NCBI RefSeq assembly: GCF_009914755.1
Contig: NC_060925.1
DNA from: the human T2T-CHM13v2.0 reference genome, Homo sapiens
DNA: 64,000 nt
Reading direction: 5' to 3' (one strand)
Below, piece by piece: positions 1 to 13,780 of this stretch. Below the pieces are notes generated by a model that saw nothing but the letters and a program-made list of their open reading frames with translations, had not been told where the DNA came from and searched no databases. How positions within the stretch are numbered: the stretch's first letter is position 1; every line of letters starts with the position of its first letter. Made by a program: the position numbers and the translations under genes.

Positions 1-81
1 CTTGATCTCCTGACCTCGTGATCCGCCCATCTCGGCCTCCCAAAGTGCTGAGATTACAGGCGTGAGCCACCACACCCGGCC
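1..81 (-). mobile_element. Alu 5' end (AluY/AluS), truncated by window edge
   Basis: Reverse complement of Alu left arm: ...ctcccaaagtgctgagattacaggcgtgagccaccacacccggcc. Confidence 0.95.
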
Positions 82-283
82 TATAACATTGTTATATACT
101 ATTATTCAACTTGAGGGGGGAATTGAAAAGGTTAAATGAGGTAATGTCCATCATTCTATGTCATTACTTTGTTTTAATTTCTTCCTAGCATTGAACACTA
201 CTTATGATTATTTTATTTGTTCATGAGTTTACTGACTTTCTACCTTTGTCTTTCCATAGCTGTTCTCCAAGTGTCTAGAATTG

Positions 284-593
284 CAGTGATTAGCACAGTG
301 GCCACTAGCCAATGTGGCTATTAAGCATTTGAAATGTTCCTAGCAGGAACTGAGATGTGCTGGAAGTGTAACATACACACAAAGTTTCAAAGACACAGCA
401 TTAAAAAAAAAAGTAAATGTAAAATATTTTATTGATAATTTTTATATTGATCACATATTGAAATAATATTTAGGGCATATTGGGTTAAATTATTAAAATT
501 ACTTTTACCTATGTCTTTTCACTTTCTTTAATGTGGCTGCTAGAAAATTTAAAATGTCGTATGTAGTTAATATTATTGCCATCGACCAGTGCT
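284..593 (+). mobile_element. MER33 (hAT-Charlie MITE)
   Basis: gccactagccaatgtggctattaagcatttgaaatg...aatgtggctgctagaaaatttaaaat resembles the MER33 consensus along its length. Confidence 0.8.
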
Positions 594-597
594 AGTC

Positions 598-672
598 ATG
601 AACAATGCTGGCACATACTAGGTGCTCAATAAATAGTTGAACGACTGAATATTTTTCTTTGAATGAGTGAGT
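598..672 (+). mobile_element. L2 3' end fragment
   Basis: ctggcacatactaggtgctcaataaatagttgaa is a typical L2 tail. Confidence 0.7.
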
Positions 673-1038
673 GGCACAAAAGTGAAAGTATGTGAATAAT
701 AGTTTATCTCAAGTAGGCGACCTCCATAGGATAAAGCTGTCTGCTTTAGGTTAATAAACTAATTCTGGTTGAGGTGTTAATAGCTGATAACAGCTTAACT
801 TGTTGGCATGAGTCAAGGTAAGATGTACATTTTAATTGCAACTCTCTAGAAGTCAGATAAAAGTAGGCTTTTTAATTCTACTGTGAGGTCTTCCAGAAGC
901 AAGGTTCCTTTAGATTAAATTAAAAAAAAAAAAAAAGAAGAGGAGGGAGGGGACAAATGCTGAGAATGGGGATGGAACAGAGGATGGAGGGAGATGCGGA
1001 GAAACTTCAGAGCGGCAGGTGCCTTTGTTTCCCGTTAC

Positions 1039-1380
1039 CTGCTGAGTCTAGTCCCTTCCAGGGCACACAGTGGGCGCTTAGTAACTGTAGAAAGAAGTCG
1101 AACGAAATCGGAAGGGGGAGAGGCAGAGGCCACAATCAAGACACGGAAACGACAGTCAGTCGAGGCAGCAGAGAGGGTTTCACGCGGGCCAGCGGAGGCG
1201 CAGGGCAGTTGAGAAGGGAACTTGCCACGGGGCGGAGGGGCCGCGCTCCCCACCAGCGCGGCGCGGGGGCGCTAGGCCAGGGACCGCCGGGCCAGGGACC
1301 GCCGGCTGCGAGCAGCGGGAACGGACCTGCCCCGGGTCGCAGCGGTTTTTCCCGGGCGGGGCTGAGGCTGCAGGGAGGCG
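1039..1380 (-). other. Putative non-coding first exon(s) of a minus-strand gene; 5' end uncertain
   Basis: Minus-strand donors CAG|GTAACG (exon end 1039) and weaker CAG|GTCCGT (exon end 1327) inside the CpG island; no recognisable coding start. Confidence 0.45.
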
Positions 1381-1413
1381 GGCGTTCCGGCGGAGGGTCA
1401 CGGCCTCGCCGCC

Positions 1414-1423
1414 GGGACTTTCC
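1414..1423 (+). promoter_or_regulatory. Canonical NF-kB site GGGACTTTCC
   Basis: Exact match to the classical kB decamer inside the CpG island. Confidence 0.6.
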
Positions 1424-1627
1424 TGGGGTGGAGGTGTGAGCACGTAGGAGCCCTGGCCTTTCCAACTTCCCAGGTCAGACTGGGGCTGGGACCACCCTGC
1501 GCGGCCTTGGATGCAGGGAACCAACCCAGTGCTAGTCCGCCCTCGCGGGGACCTGTCCTCTCGCCTGACCTATGAAGTCCGTCCCTGCCTCCAAGGCTCC
1601 AACAAAGTCCTTCTTTCCCCCAGAGTA

Positions 1628-1772
1628 GCAGTTCTCAAACTTGAGTGCATCAGCATCACCCAGAGGCTGTATTCAAACACGTTGCTGGCTCCCTCCACGG
1701 TTTCTGATTCTGTGGGTTTAGGGTGGTGATGCTGATTCCTCTGGTCAAAGGACCATCCCTGGAGAGCCACTG
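1628..1772 (+). mobile_element. MER5A/MER5B hAT element
   Basis: cagttctcaaacttgagtgcatcagcatcacc...tttctgattc...gagagccactg. Confidence 0.8.
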
Positions 1773-2150
1773 CCCTTTAGGTAACGATTTTCCCCTCATT
1801 TTTCTTCTGAACTCGGTCAGCACCTTGTTCAGCCTCCCACTGAGCCTGGAACCCTTGACAGCTGGGGAAACAAGTGCGTTGCTGCTAAGCCAGGAGGGCA
1901 CCTAGGAATCCCAGCTTCCAATCCAGGGCGTTTTCCTCTGCATTCACTGCTTCTTTTACTCTCTTGGGAGCCTATGTGTGGGATCCAGAACAGGGCAGAA
2001 CCCTGAGTAGTAAACGCTGAACGGGAAGCGAGGTTAGTTAAATCCAACTGCAGGAGAGGAAAAAAGAGTCCTTTTCTTCCGGAGAGGAGAGGGTACACAG
2101 AGGATGCCTGTCCACTGACCAAACCTGCCCTGAGCATCACCATTGACGCT

Positions 2151-2675
2151 TTCGTTCATTCAAAAAACAAAGTTAATTCAGCAGGTGCTCTATGCCAGGC
2201 ACTGACTTGGTATGGGGGATAATGAAGGAAATAAAACCGAGATCCCTGTCTTTGGAGAACATACTTCCTAATAGGGAGATTAACAGTAAACACAATAAAA
2301 GGTAAATCATTGAATATGTTAGAAGGTAGTAACAGTTACAAAAAGAAAAACAAGAGTAGGGTAAAGGAGTGCAATTGGAGTTGCAATTCTAAATAAGATG
2401 GGCAGGTAGGCCTTATTGATGAGGTGAGTTAAGATATTAAGCCATAGGATAGCTAGGGGAAGAGCGTTTCCAACAGGGGGAACAGCCAGCGCGAAGGTCC
2501 CGAGTCAGGAGCATGCCTGATGTGTTTGAGGCTCATCAAACGGGCCATTGTAACTGGAGTAGGGGCAGGGATGGGGAAGAAGCTGAGTAGGAGATAAGGC
2601 CAGAGAGGTAAAAGGGCGGGCAGGAAGATGTTAGAGGTCTGGCCCAGCCATTGTTAAAGGATTGACTTTTACCCT
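2151..2675 (-). mobile_element. L2 (L2a-like)
   Basis: ttcattcaa...tgccaggcactg...ggaacagccagcgcgaaggtcccgag...gttaaaggattgactttt is an antisense L2 3' region. Confidence 0.75.
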
Positions 2676-3003
2676 CCAATTTGATTTACTGTTTTGCCCT
2701 AATGATTCTTGCCTCGTCCATCTACAAAATCTGCCTCAAAAACAGCCGTTAACCATCCCCTGGCTCACAGCTGGAGCTTGTTTTGAGAATGATACTATTT
2801 TCATAAGTTGGTGGGCCCCAACCTCTCAGATTTGGGGCTTGCAAAGGTTGCAATGACCCTTTCTGACCTGCAGATTAGAGAGTTGGTAATTCATATTTGC
2901 TTTCAGCATTTTTTTTTAATTTTCTCTCATCATTCCCCATACCTCCTCTGGGTTCTTGTTCCCCTGACGTACCTGCTCCCTGAAGCTTCCCAGATTTCTA
3001 GAG

Positions 3004-3318
3004 CAGCACTGTCCAATCAAAATATGATGTGAGACACATAATTAATTTTAAATTTTCTAGTGGCCACATTAAAAAAAGTAAAAAGAAACAAGTAAATTTA
3101 ATATTAATTACATATTTGGTTTAACCCAATATACCCAAAATATCATCTCAACGTGTAATCAACATAAAAAATTAACACACTATCATACATATTTTCTTCT
3201 ATACTGTCTTGAAACCTAGTATGTATTTTACATTTATAGCCCACCTCAATTCAGCCTAGCCACATTTCAAATGTGTCATAGCCTCATGTAGCTAAGGATT
3301 ACCTGGCCAGCACAGTCC
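3004..3318 (-). mobile_element. MER33
   Basis: cagcactgtccaat...aattttctagtggccacatt...ctagccacatttcaaatgtg is the reverse of the 284-593 element. Confidence 0.8.
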
Positions 3319-3434
3319 TAGGATACTCATGTTCCTCCCCAACTCCCTCTCCTTAATATAATTTCTGCTTCCAGACTGAGCTGACACTTCCTTCAAGAAG
3401 CCTTCCTTGATTTCTCTACTTCCTTCGTATGCCT

Positions 3435-3720
3435 ATGAGAATGAAATGAGTTAATATATGTACATTGCCTAGGATAGGTACTGGCACATAGTAAACAATG
3501 GAAGTGTAGCTATCATTATAATACCATTTACTACGGTTGTAATAAACTGATCAGTTGTGTAACTATTACTTCACATTTTTCTCTCCCTGTTATGCTCAAT
3601 GGTCCACAAGGAGAAAGGACCCTGCCTGCCTGTCTTTTTCGTTGCTCTTTTCTTGGGACCTGGGTCTGGCACAAACAGATGAATATTCAATATAAATGTA
3701 TTGAATGAATGAATGAATAT
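3435..3720 (+). mobile_element. MIR fragment followed by L2 3' end
   Basis: aaatgagttaatatatgta...ctggcacatagtaaac, then ...aatgtattgaatgaatgaatgaat. Confidence 0.6.
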
Positions 3721-3899
3721 AAGGAAGTATGCTTGGGGTTAAGCTTAAGCATTCTAATTCTAAAGTTGCAATGGATTAAAATCATAATCCTGGATGACAA
3801 TGGTATCAGATTCCATGTTTATAGAGGTTCAAACTAGATCCTAAAGAGAAATGAAATCTGGTCTCACAAAGGGAAAGAAAAAAAAAAAAGACAAAAACA

Positions 3900-4045
3900 G
3901 GATGGTGTGGCAGAAAGGGCCCAGACTTTGAATTCAGATACACCTGGGTCTGAAGGCCTGCCACCTCACCTACTATTTGTATGGCTTTGGAGATGTTACT
4001 CAACTTCTCCAAGTCTCAGTTTTCCCATCTGTAAAATGGGATCTG
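3900..4045 (+). mobile_element. MIR
   Basis: MIR core: ctcagttttcccatctgtaaaatgggat. Confidence 0.75.
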
Positions 4046-4161
4046 AGCATCTCGTTGCGTTATGTACCTACATGTACAGTAAGTTTGTAAGTGGCAACAA
4101 CACAGGCCCTAATCTCGGCTCAGCCACACTCAGTGAGGCTACTTAAGCTTTCTGTACCTAC

Positions 4162-4198
<37 letters not shown>
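4162..4198. repeat. (TG)n/(CG)n microsatellite
   Basis: tgtgtg...gtgcgcgcgtgtgt. Confidence 0.95.
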
Positions 4199-4738
4199 AT
4201 TCTTTTAGTAGTTAATGAGATATGATACTTTACATGTAATATTTTCTTTAATTTTCATTCAACAGCATGTGATCTTTCTTTTTTTCACTCCACCTTTCCC
4301 CCATCAAATGAGGAAGGAAAGCTCAAGCAGTTTACTATTTTGGGAAAATTGTGCCATCGTGCTTAGTACATAGTGTGTATCAGACTTAAGAAAAGGACAA
4401 GAATGAAACTATTAAAAAAATTTCTCCAACTGGCAATTAAAAGACAATGGGAAAACTGCTTCTATGTTTAAGAAAAAATAATTTAACTCTTAATTTTATT
4501 GCCACTTATCTACTTTTGACCATATATTGAGGATTCCCCCCCACCTTCCACCACCAGTGGAACTGGGGAATAAAACAACAAAGATTGAAGATGTAATGGA
4601 GAAAAGAGTGGAAACAACCCAAGACAGTGATGAAGGGGAATCTCATGAAATCATCTGTGTTGCAAATCTAGAGAGGTATGATGTACCACAGTGGAGTAAC
4701 TGGATGGATGGAATTCACCTAAAAGGAGATATTCAGGG

Positions 4739-4778
4739 AAAAACAAAACAAACAAAAAACAAAAACAAAAACAAAAAA
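4739..4778. repeat. A-rich (AAAAC/AAAAAC)n tract
   Basis: Seen directly. Confidence 0.85.
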
Positions 4779-6452
4779 CGCTCAAACTATTACACTAGGT
4801 TATATATATACATATATATTTTTTTTCTTTTTCTCTTCCTATTTTCCTTTTCCATTTTACGTGTTTCAAATTTACAAATAAAAATTGTAGATATTAAAAA
4901 AAAAAAGAAAGAAAGGCCCTTGGGGAAAACTGTAAAACTTGCCACTTTAGTCTCCACACCCTTTCAGCCTTCTTCAGCCTTCTTCCAGAAAGCCCTCTCT
5001 TGTGCCATGTTGGTTCCTGGAATTTTCTTCTCTCTCTAGTTCTCATAGATGAAGTAGTTCCCAACCACAGTCTATGAATTTTGCTGCTTGTTGAAGAGGA
5101 ATGCCAGACACCTAAAAAGGGTTGGCACTTGCAGCTCAGCAATCTCAAAGCTCTCCATAGAGTTAAAAGCACTCTGCTACAGGGCTTTTTCCATTACATC
5201 CTTAATGTCCATTAATGCATTTTCCCCACTAGACCCCTGAATGTTATGGGCAGATATAGCCCATGTCTATCTCTGGATCTGAGCCCTTAGCAATCAGCTG
5301 CACACACAGTAGGTGTGGCTAAACCTGTGCTAAATGCATATGTGAATGCATGATGCATAAGTGACTGTGATTGCTTCCCCACCAAAATGCACAGAAGACT
5401 GACAGATGTGTGCGGTGAGAAGCTAGAATGGGAGGAGGTTGGTTGCTTGTTTAAAAATGAAACTGAACAGGCTGAGAAGCTTACTCACGCATCTGCTTTC
5501 CTTCAGTGTCCTCTGGGGAGGAAGGGGAGGGAGAGGGGGAGTTGGGAGCCTAGGAGGGCTGACAAGGTGCCCTCTTCAGCACTGAGTCAGCAACACCCGG
5601 CCCTGTGGACACAGGATGATCCTGATTTCAGGGGCTGAGTCACATGAATAACTGGAATAGTTGTTTAGATCATAATGAATTCCCAGAACCTTTCCAAGCC
5701 AACCAGCAGGCACAGGCTCTCTCCCTACCCGCAGCACTTTCCAGCTTTGTGACTTAGCGGAAAGAAAGAGGCCGAGCCTGGATCCTGGGAGAGGACAGGC
5801 TGCAAGGGAGTAGGGCACAGGGATCCTCACCGCTTCCATTGCCAAGCACTGCAGGTTGTTTCTGGACCTTTTTGTGTTTCAAGGAAGATGCTGAAAGAGA
5901 CTGGCATTGCAGGCATGAATCCTGCACAGAGTGCACAGCTGTTGTGTTGCCGGGCAAATGTATGGGCCAGGGCCCTGGCACCTTACAGTGAGTGGTTAGG
6001 GTGTCAGTGATACTAAATGCCCTGGGAGTCCAGGAAAATATCCTCTGTGAAATGTCATTAGAGGTCTGTGTACCTTGGATGAAACAAGATATCTAAACTC
6101 TAGCCCTAGAAGAAACTGTATATGAGAGGGGGACGGCTAGCCTCCAAGGGATTTGGGAATGATGCATGATTCTACAGGTTGCATCTTCTAAGCTGCAAGT
6201 CAAGAGCTCAGCATCTCCCAGAAATGCCTGTTCTGAGCTCCATGGAAGTCCTACGTGAGTGCCTTGTCCAAAATATTGGCTCAGTTCAAAGTTTATGTCT
6301 CAGTGTTTCCTTCCTGAGAGTATCCAAAGAAGATCTCAGCCTTCTGTGATTTTGCTCTCCCCTCCTTGATATCACATCCACTATGAATGTCTCACCCAGG
6401 CCAGTGAACAGACCCTATTGCCACATTATTCATGTTTATGTTTGCTCTAGGG

Positions 6453-6630
6453 CAGTGGTTATCAAGCTTGAGCACACATCAGAATCATCTGGAAGACTTA
6501 TTAACGCAGATTTCTGGGTCCCACTCCCAGAGTTTCTGATTTAGTAGGTCTGGGATAGGCCCTACATTCCCAATAATACCCAGGAGATGCTGATTCTGCT
6601 GGCTCCAGGATCACACTTTGAGAACCCCTG
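6453..6630 (+). mobile_element. MER5A
   Basis: cagtggttatcaagcttgagc...agagtttctgatttagtaggtctggg...cacactttgagaacccctg. Confidence 0.85.
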
Positions 6631-6638
6631 CTCTAAAG

Positions 6639-6815
6639 CAATGTTCACAAGTGTATTTTTAGATCAAAGACCCATTGGAGAATCTGTCGAAAAGCTTTTC
6701 TACCACTTCCCAGTAAATAATACACAAATGCTAAAAAAATCATTAAAATTTCTTTACAATTTCAGGGTTCACTAGATTTGCAGAAATTCATCCATGAACT
6801 TCTGGGTTAAAAATG
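6639..6815 (+). mobile_element. hAT-Charlie MITE (MER117-like)
   Basis: gacccattggagaatctg...acaatttcagggttcac...catccatgaacttctgggttaa; family name from memory. Confidence 0.5.
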
Positions 6816-6919
6816 AAAACTTCTGATTCTGGCCCAAACCAGAATTAATAAGTGGGATGAAGATTCATAAGGTATAGGAAAGCAGATTTTAACATTAATC
6901 AGAGGAACTGATTGAGCAA

Positions 6920-7090
6920 AGTAAGCATTTGTTTTGTAAAACTAGACTACCTGGTTTCAAATCCTGGTTCTGCCATTTGCCAGCTGTGAGCTGTGCTGCA
7001 GTTTTTGCATATGTAGACTTGGAATGACAATAGAACCTACTTAGTTCGTACATGCAAAGTGCATAGAATAGAGTCTGGTGCATAGTATAA
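6920..7090 (+). mobile_element. MIR
   Basis: ctggtttcaaatcctggttctgccattt...gtctggtgcatagta. Confidence 0.6.
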
Positions 7091-7319
7091 AAGCAATAAT
7101 TGTTCCCAATTTCTTTAGCTTGATTGACTCCTATTGAGTCAACTTCCTGATATATTCCAGGACTTCTCTACATCATCCCAGCATCCAGAGATCTAGTTTA
7201 GGTACTATGTCTAGTCTACTATATGGCAATATCCTCCCAAGTGTTCCCTTTATTCTGATTTCTCCCCTTCTCAATGCGTCCTCCAGACAGGATCCAGAGT
7301 GACCCTTCTAAAACTCATC

Positions 7320-8042
<723 letters not shown>

Positions 8043-8432
8043 CCATCTCATTTTGTTGTCCTTCTGCATGAATCCTTCCAAAGGTCTCCCATCACTTAGG
8101 AGAAAGTCTGGGCTCTTGAGGATGTTATATGAGGCCTGCCTTGACCTGGGCCCTGCCCCCACTCAAATAGCATTGTTCACTCTGCTCCTTTTTCTCCCTT
8201 CTGTTTCTTGTCTGGAAGTGCAGGATGGTTCTAGGTGCACTATGCTTGCCTTGTCTAACACATAAGTTTACTCTGCCCTAAATGTCCTTTAGCCCTCTTT
8301 AAGGCAGACTTCTACAGGATATTCTTCAAGGCCCAATCTGAGTGTTTTCTCTGCACTTTGTTTGAATCTCCAGATAGAAATGGTCTCTTCCTTCTTTGTG
8401 ACCTACCATGCCTTACATAGTGTGCATAAGTT

Positions 8433-9449
<1,017 letters not shown>

Positions 9450-9889
9450 CTAAGTTGGAGAAGGGCTTGTCAGTGGACTCAGGGCAGGTCATTTATCTTC
9501 ATTCACCAAATTAAATTTGAGTACAGAGCTGCTCTCAGACCAACAAACCAGCAAACATACACACCACCAGCAAAACAACAAAAAATAGGAATTGAAGGAA
9601 TGACTGGAACCAGCAGTGTCAGGTCTGAAACAGGAAGACTCAGACCCTGCTCCTCATGGTGGGAGCATGGTAAGGAGGTACTGTCCTCTACAAGGGCCCA
9701 TGACCCTCAGGGGACCTGTCAAGAGTCCAGGAGAGGAGAGGGAAAACTCCACCTCCCCAAGGAGTAGCTCCAACCAGCTTATGAGTCTCTTCAGAAAAAC
9801 TGTGAAGAATGGAGAAAACAAGTATGGGTGGGCCTAGCACAGCCTCAGGGTCTGACGCACACATAGCTGGAGACCAGAGAGGTTGCTAA

Positions 9890-10125
9890 AAAGCATGCAG
9901 GAAAAAATCCATGAGCTTTGGATATCAGACAGACTTGTGATGAAATCCTAGGTCTGTACAAATCACTTTGTTATCTGAGACAAATTCTCCAAACTCTGTG
10001 AGCCTCTATCCCCTCACTCATAAACTGAAGATTATAATCTTTATTCCAAAGGACTGTCATGAGGGTTGAAGGGGAAGATGTGTGAGACTAGGCCTAGCAT
10101 AGAGAGGGCCTGGCACTTTCTCAGC
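9890..10125 (+). mobile_element. MIR
   Basis: aactctgtgagcctctatcccctcactcataaactgaag. Confidence 0.55.
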
Positions 10126-10228
10126 CCTCAGCAAGTCCTCTTTCTTATCCTCACTCTCTGGATGTGCCTTAAACTCTGTCTGGTATTATTTCTAGTCTTC
10201 CCACTTTGCTCTATAAAATATTAATTTA

Positions 10229-10384
<156 letters not shown>

Positions 10385-11909
10385 TTAATTTAATATTTTG
10401 TTTTGTTTTTTCATTATTTTGTCTGAAGGTAAGGCACTGAAGTTTCTGTGAAGGGTAATTTCTCAATCCATTCATTTGTCTGAAAAGGTTTGGGGCAGGA
10501 AGTAAGATTCCCGGAAGTTTTTAAGCACAGAGAGGATGGGAGGTAGAAGGGAGCTGTTCCAGGAAGATTGCTCCTGCCAGCTGGAGAGAGAGTGCATAAG
10601 TTGTCCTCGCAGTCTCTGTGTATTCATGTAGTCTATGCTCATCAGCAGGGCTATTAGCATTTGAGTCTAAGCCAGTCTTTCTGTGGCATCTTGCAGGACT
10701 CTGGGTTTAATGCAACTTCTCCTTCCATTGTGCCCTTTGTAATCTATGCCTTTTTTTGTGTGAATTTCTCCAGGAAAGGAACTAGATTTCCACTTAGTGA
10801 GAGACATGGCTGTCTCAGATATCTCACTGATCTTTTCAATACAATATTTCCTCAGAGTAGAGAATACCAAAATTCTACGGAAAAGGCCCAAGCCCCAAAA
10901 CACTAGGAGGACAATGCAGTTTTTGTTGTTGTTGTTTTAAATGAGACTATGATATTCAAGGACCCCTTGGACCCTTCTACAAAGCCAGCTGTTGGGCTCG
11001 TCCAGGATGGGTAGGACTCAGGGAATGAGCCTCACAGGAATTAAAGGCATGAAGAAGTAGCCCCTGGGAGGATTGTAGTGATGACACATATAAAACCTCA
11101 GGGACATCAACCACAGAGCAACATCAAGAGATGGCCCCAATACCTGTTTGAGGCTGGAAATCAGAATGAGGAAGAAAACCACCATGACAGGGCATCCACT
11201 ACATGCACAGCATTGTATGGCAGGGGCTTTTGTAGCTCATGCAGACTGGGCATGAAACAGTTAAGCTGTCAAATCCTGAACTTCTGCAGCCACCGGGAAT
11301 ATTTGATGTTACTGCACAGGAAGCATAACCTAGAGTGAATAATTCCCGCACAGCAGGGGAGCCTTTTTTCAGGTTGAACCCCGTCTGGAAGCTGCTCTTT
11401 TCTTGTCAGAGAGCCAGGGGCAATAGCTATTGCCCGAGTCTCCCAACCCTGCCCTTCCCCCACCACGAACACAGCAAAGGCAGCTCAGCTCCCATGGAAA
11501 CTCACGGGCAAGAGTAGAGATCCAGAGAGCTACTACTAAGCTTTTTGCACAATGGAGGGAAACAAACCTTCTTGTTAGCTGTTGATGACCATCTGTATCT
11601 TAAGCCCCTGCGGACAGAGAGACTGGGAATTCTCTACCATTGCTTTAAAAAACAACACACATTTTTTAATGACCATTTTGTTTTTGTTTTTGTTTTCTGT
11701 CTGAGCAAGATATAAACAAGGAGGGACTCAGAAAGGGATGAGGGCAGTGGGAAAAAACAGGATGTCCAAAGAAGAGGAGCCTCAGATCAGAGGGTTCCTG
11801 AATCCCTGGTGAGAGACTGGTACCACAGCAGGTAGTATTGGGGTGTGGTATTATTGGGGTGTGTCAGGTGTGTTTGTGTATAATAAACCTCTTTCAAAAA
11901 GTATATTTA

Positions 11910-12410
<501 letters not shown>

Positions 12411-12419
12411 TTATTTTTT

Positions 12420-12600
12420 ATAGAAATACTAGGAGGTGGGTTCACTAGGTCCACTTTACAGACAAGTTACCTTAAAGCTTAGGAACATTAACTGAGTTGC
12501 CCAAGGAGACATAATTTATCAAGTAGTGGAGCTAGAATTCATGTCCAGATATACCTGATCATTTCCAAACTTGTGCCCTGTCTACTAAACCACGTGTACC
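12420..12600 (-). mobile_element. MIR
   Basis: ccactttacagac...gttgcccaagg...gtagtggagctagaattc. Confidence 0.6.
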
Positions 12601-12699
12601 TCCTTCATATGTGTTCTAATTTGTAGAATATCCTCTTTGAGAAAAGGAAGCAAATTCCAAAGGGAAGAGCTAGAACCAATAATAATAATAAAATGAAAC

Positions 12700-13482
12700 T
12701 ACCAAATGTAGATAAAAGGGACAAAATATTTGAAGAAGCAAAGAAGAAATGTAGATGGCAAACAAGCACTGAAAGGATGTCCAACATCATTATTCATTAG
12801 AAAAACACCAGTTAAAATCACAATGAAATACCTCTGCACACTTGCTAAAATGGCTAACATTAGAAAGACTAATTATATCAAGTGTTGGTGAGGATACAGA
12901 GCAACTGGAACTCTCAAACACTGCTGGTGAAAATGTAAAATAAAACAACCACTTTGGCAAACCATTAAGCTGTCTCTTAAGAAGTTAAACATACACCTAC
13001 CATGCAATCCAGACATTGCATTGCTAGATATTTATTTAAAGTACATATTTACATAAAGACTTGGACATAAGTATTCACAGCAATTATAATTGTGCTGTGA
13101 TGTATACCACCATACATAGGAACAGCCATATAATGAAATAATAGTTACATATAAAAACAAATTATTGATCATAGATGGATCTCAAAATAATTATGCTGAG
13201 TGGAAGAAGACAGAAAATAAAGAATATATACTGTATGCTATCAATTACATAAAATTCTCAAAAATGCAAATTGATCTATAGTGACAGAAAGGAGATCAGT
13301 GATCACTTAGGGATTGGAGTGAAAAGGGAAAGGGATAGATTACAGCAACATGAGAAAAGTGTGGGTGGGGAGTAATGGATATGTTCCTTCTTATCTGAAG
13401 TGCAGTGATGTTTTCATGGATGTAAACATATGTCAAAACTCATCAATTTGAACTGGCTGTTGTATGTAAGTTGCACCTCAAA
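12700..13482 (+). mobile_element. Old L1M (L1MC/MD/ME) 3' region
   Basis: aagtgttggtgaggatacagagcaactggaactctca...tatagtgacagaaaggagatcagtg...tgtcaaaactcatcaa. Confidence 0.8.
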
Positions 13483-13579
13483 ATATTGGTGGAAGTAGGC
13501 TGCCAAGAAGATGCAGTAGTAGGAGATAGGAGGGGGAAAAAAGCAAAATCCTGTAAGGTAAGTTACCTAAAAAGAAATA

Positions 13580-13780
13580 CAGTATAGTAGGTAAGAACCC
13601 AAACCATAGATTCTCAGTTCAACTTTAAGCAAGGCACTTAACTGCCTATTTAAAATGCAGATAGTAATAGAACCTACTTCATCGGATAGTTGGGACAATT
13701 AAATGACTCATGAACACAAAGCTTTAGACCAGCGCCTGGCATATAGTAAGGAATTAATACATATTAGCTATTATTATTGT
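13580..13780 (+). mobile_element. MIR
   Basis: aaaatgcagatagtaatagaacctac...gcctggcatatagtaag...tattagctattattatt. Confidence 0.75.

Larger units (their letters stand above)
1000..1565. promoter_or_regulatory. CpG-island promoter
   Basis: Only CpG-dense, GC-rich block in a CpG-depleted window. Multiple GGGCGG boxes (~1230, ~1353), ETS cores (CGGAAG ~1109, TTCCGG 1385), GGGACTTTCC 1414-1423, CACGTA 1441-1446. Confidence 0.9.

Noticed and set aside
957-1524. Overlapping ORFs of 72-160 aa on both strands
   Set aside because: Gly/Arg/Pro/Ala-rich frames expected from a stop-poor GC-rich island; no recognisable protein.
1000-1565. Assigning a gene symbol to the promoter
   Set aside because: No coding exon or UTR I could recognise; any name would be a guess.
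4527-5039. 170-aa ORF
   Set aside because: Non-ATG start, runs through (AAAAC)n, (TA)n and poly-T/A tracts; low-complexity translation.
11836-11863. Small tandem duplications (also ~7368, ~15770, ~29450, ~33695)
   Set aside because: Ordinary short slippage duplications with no further signal.
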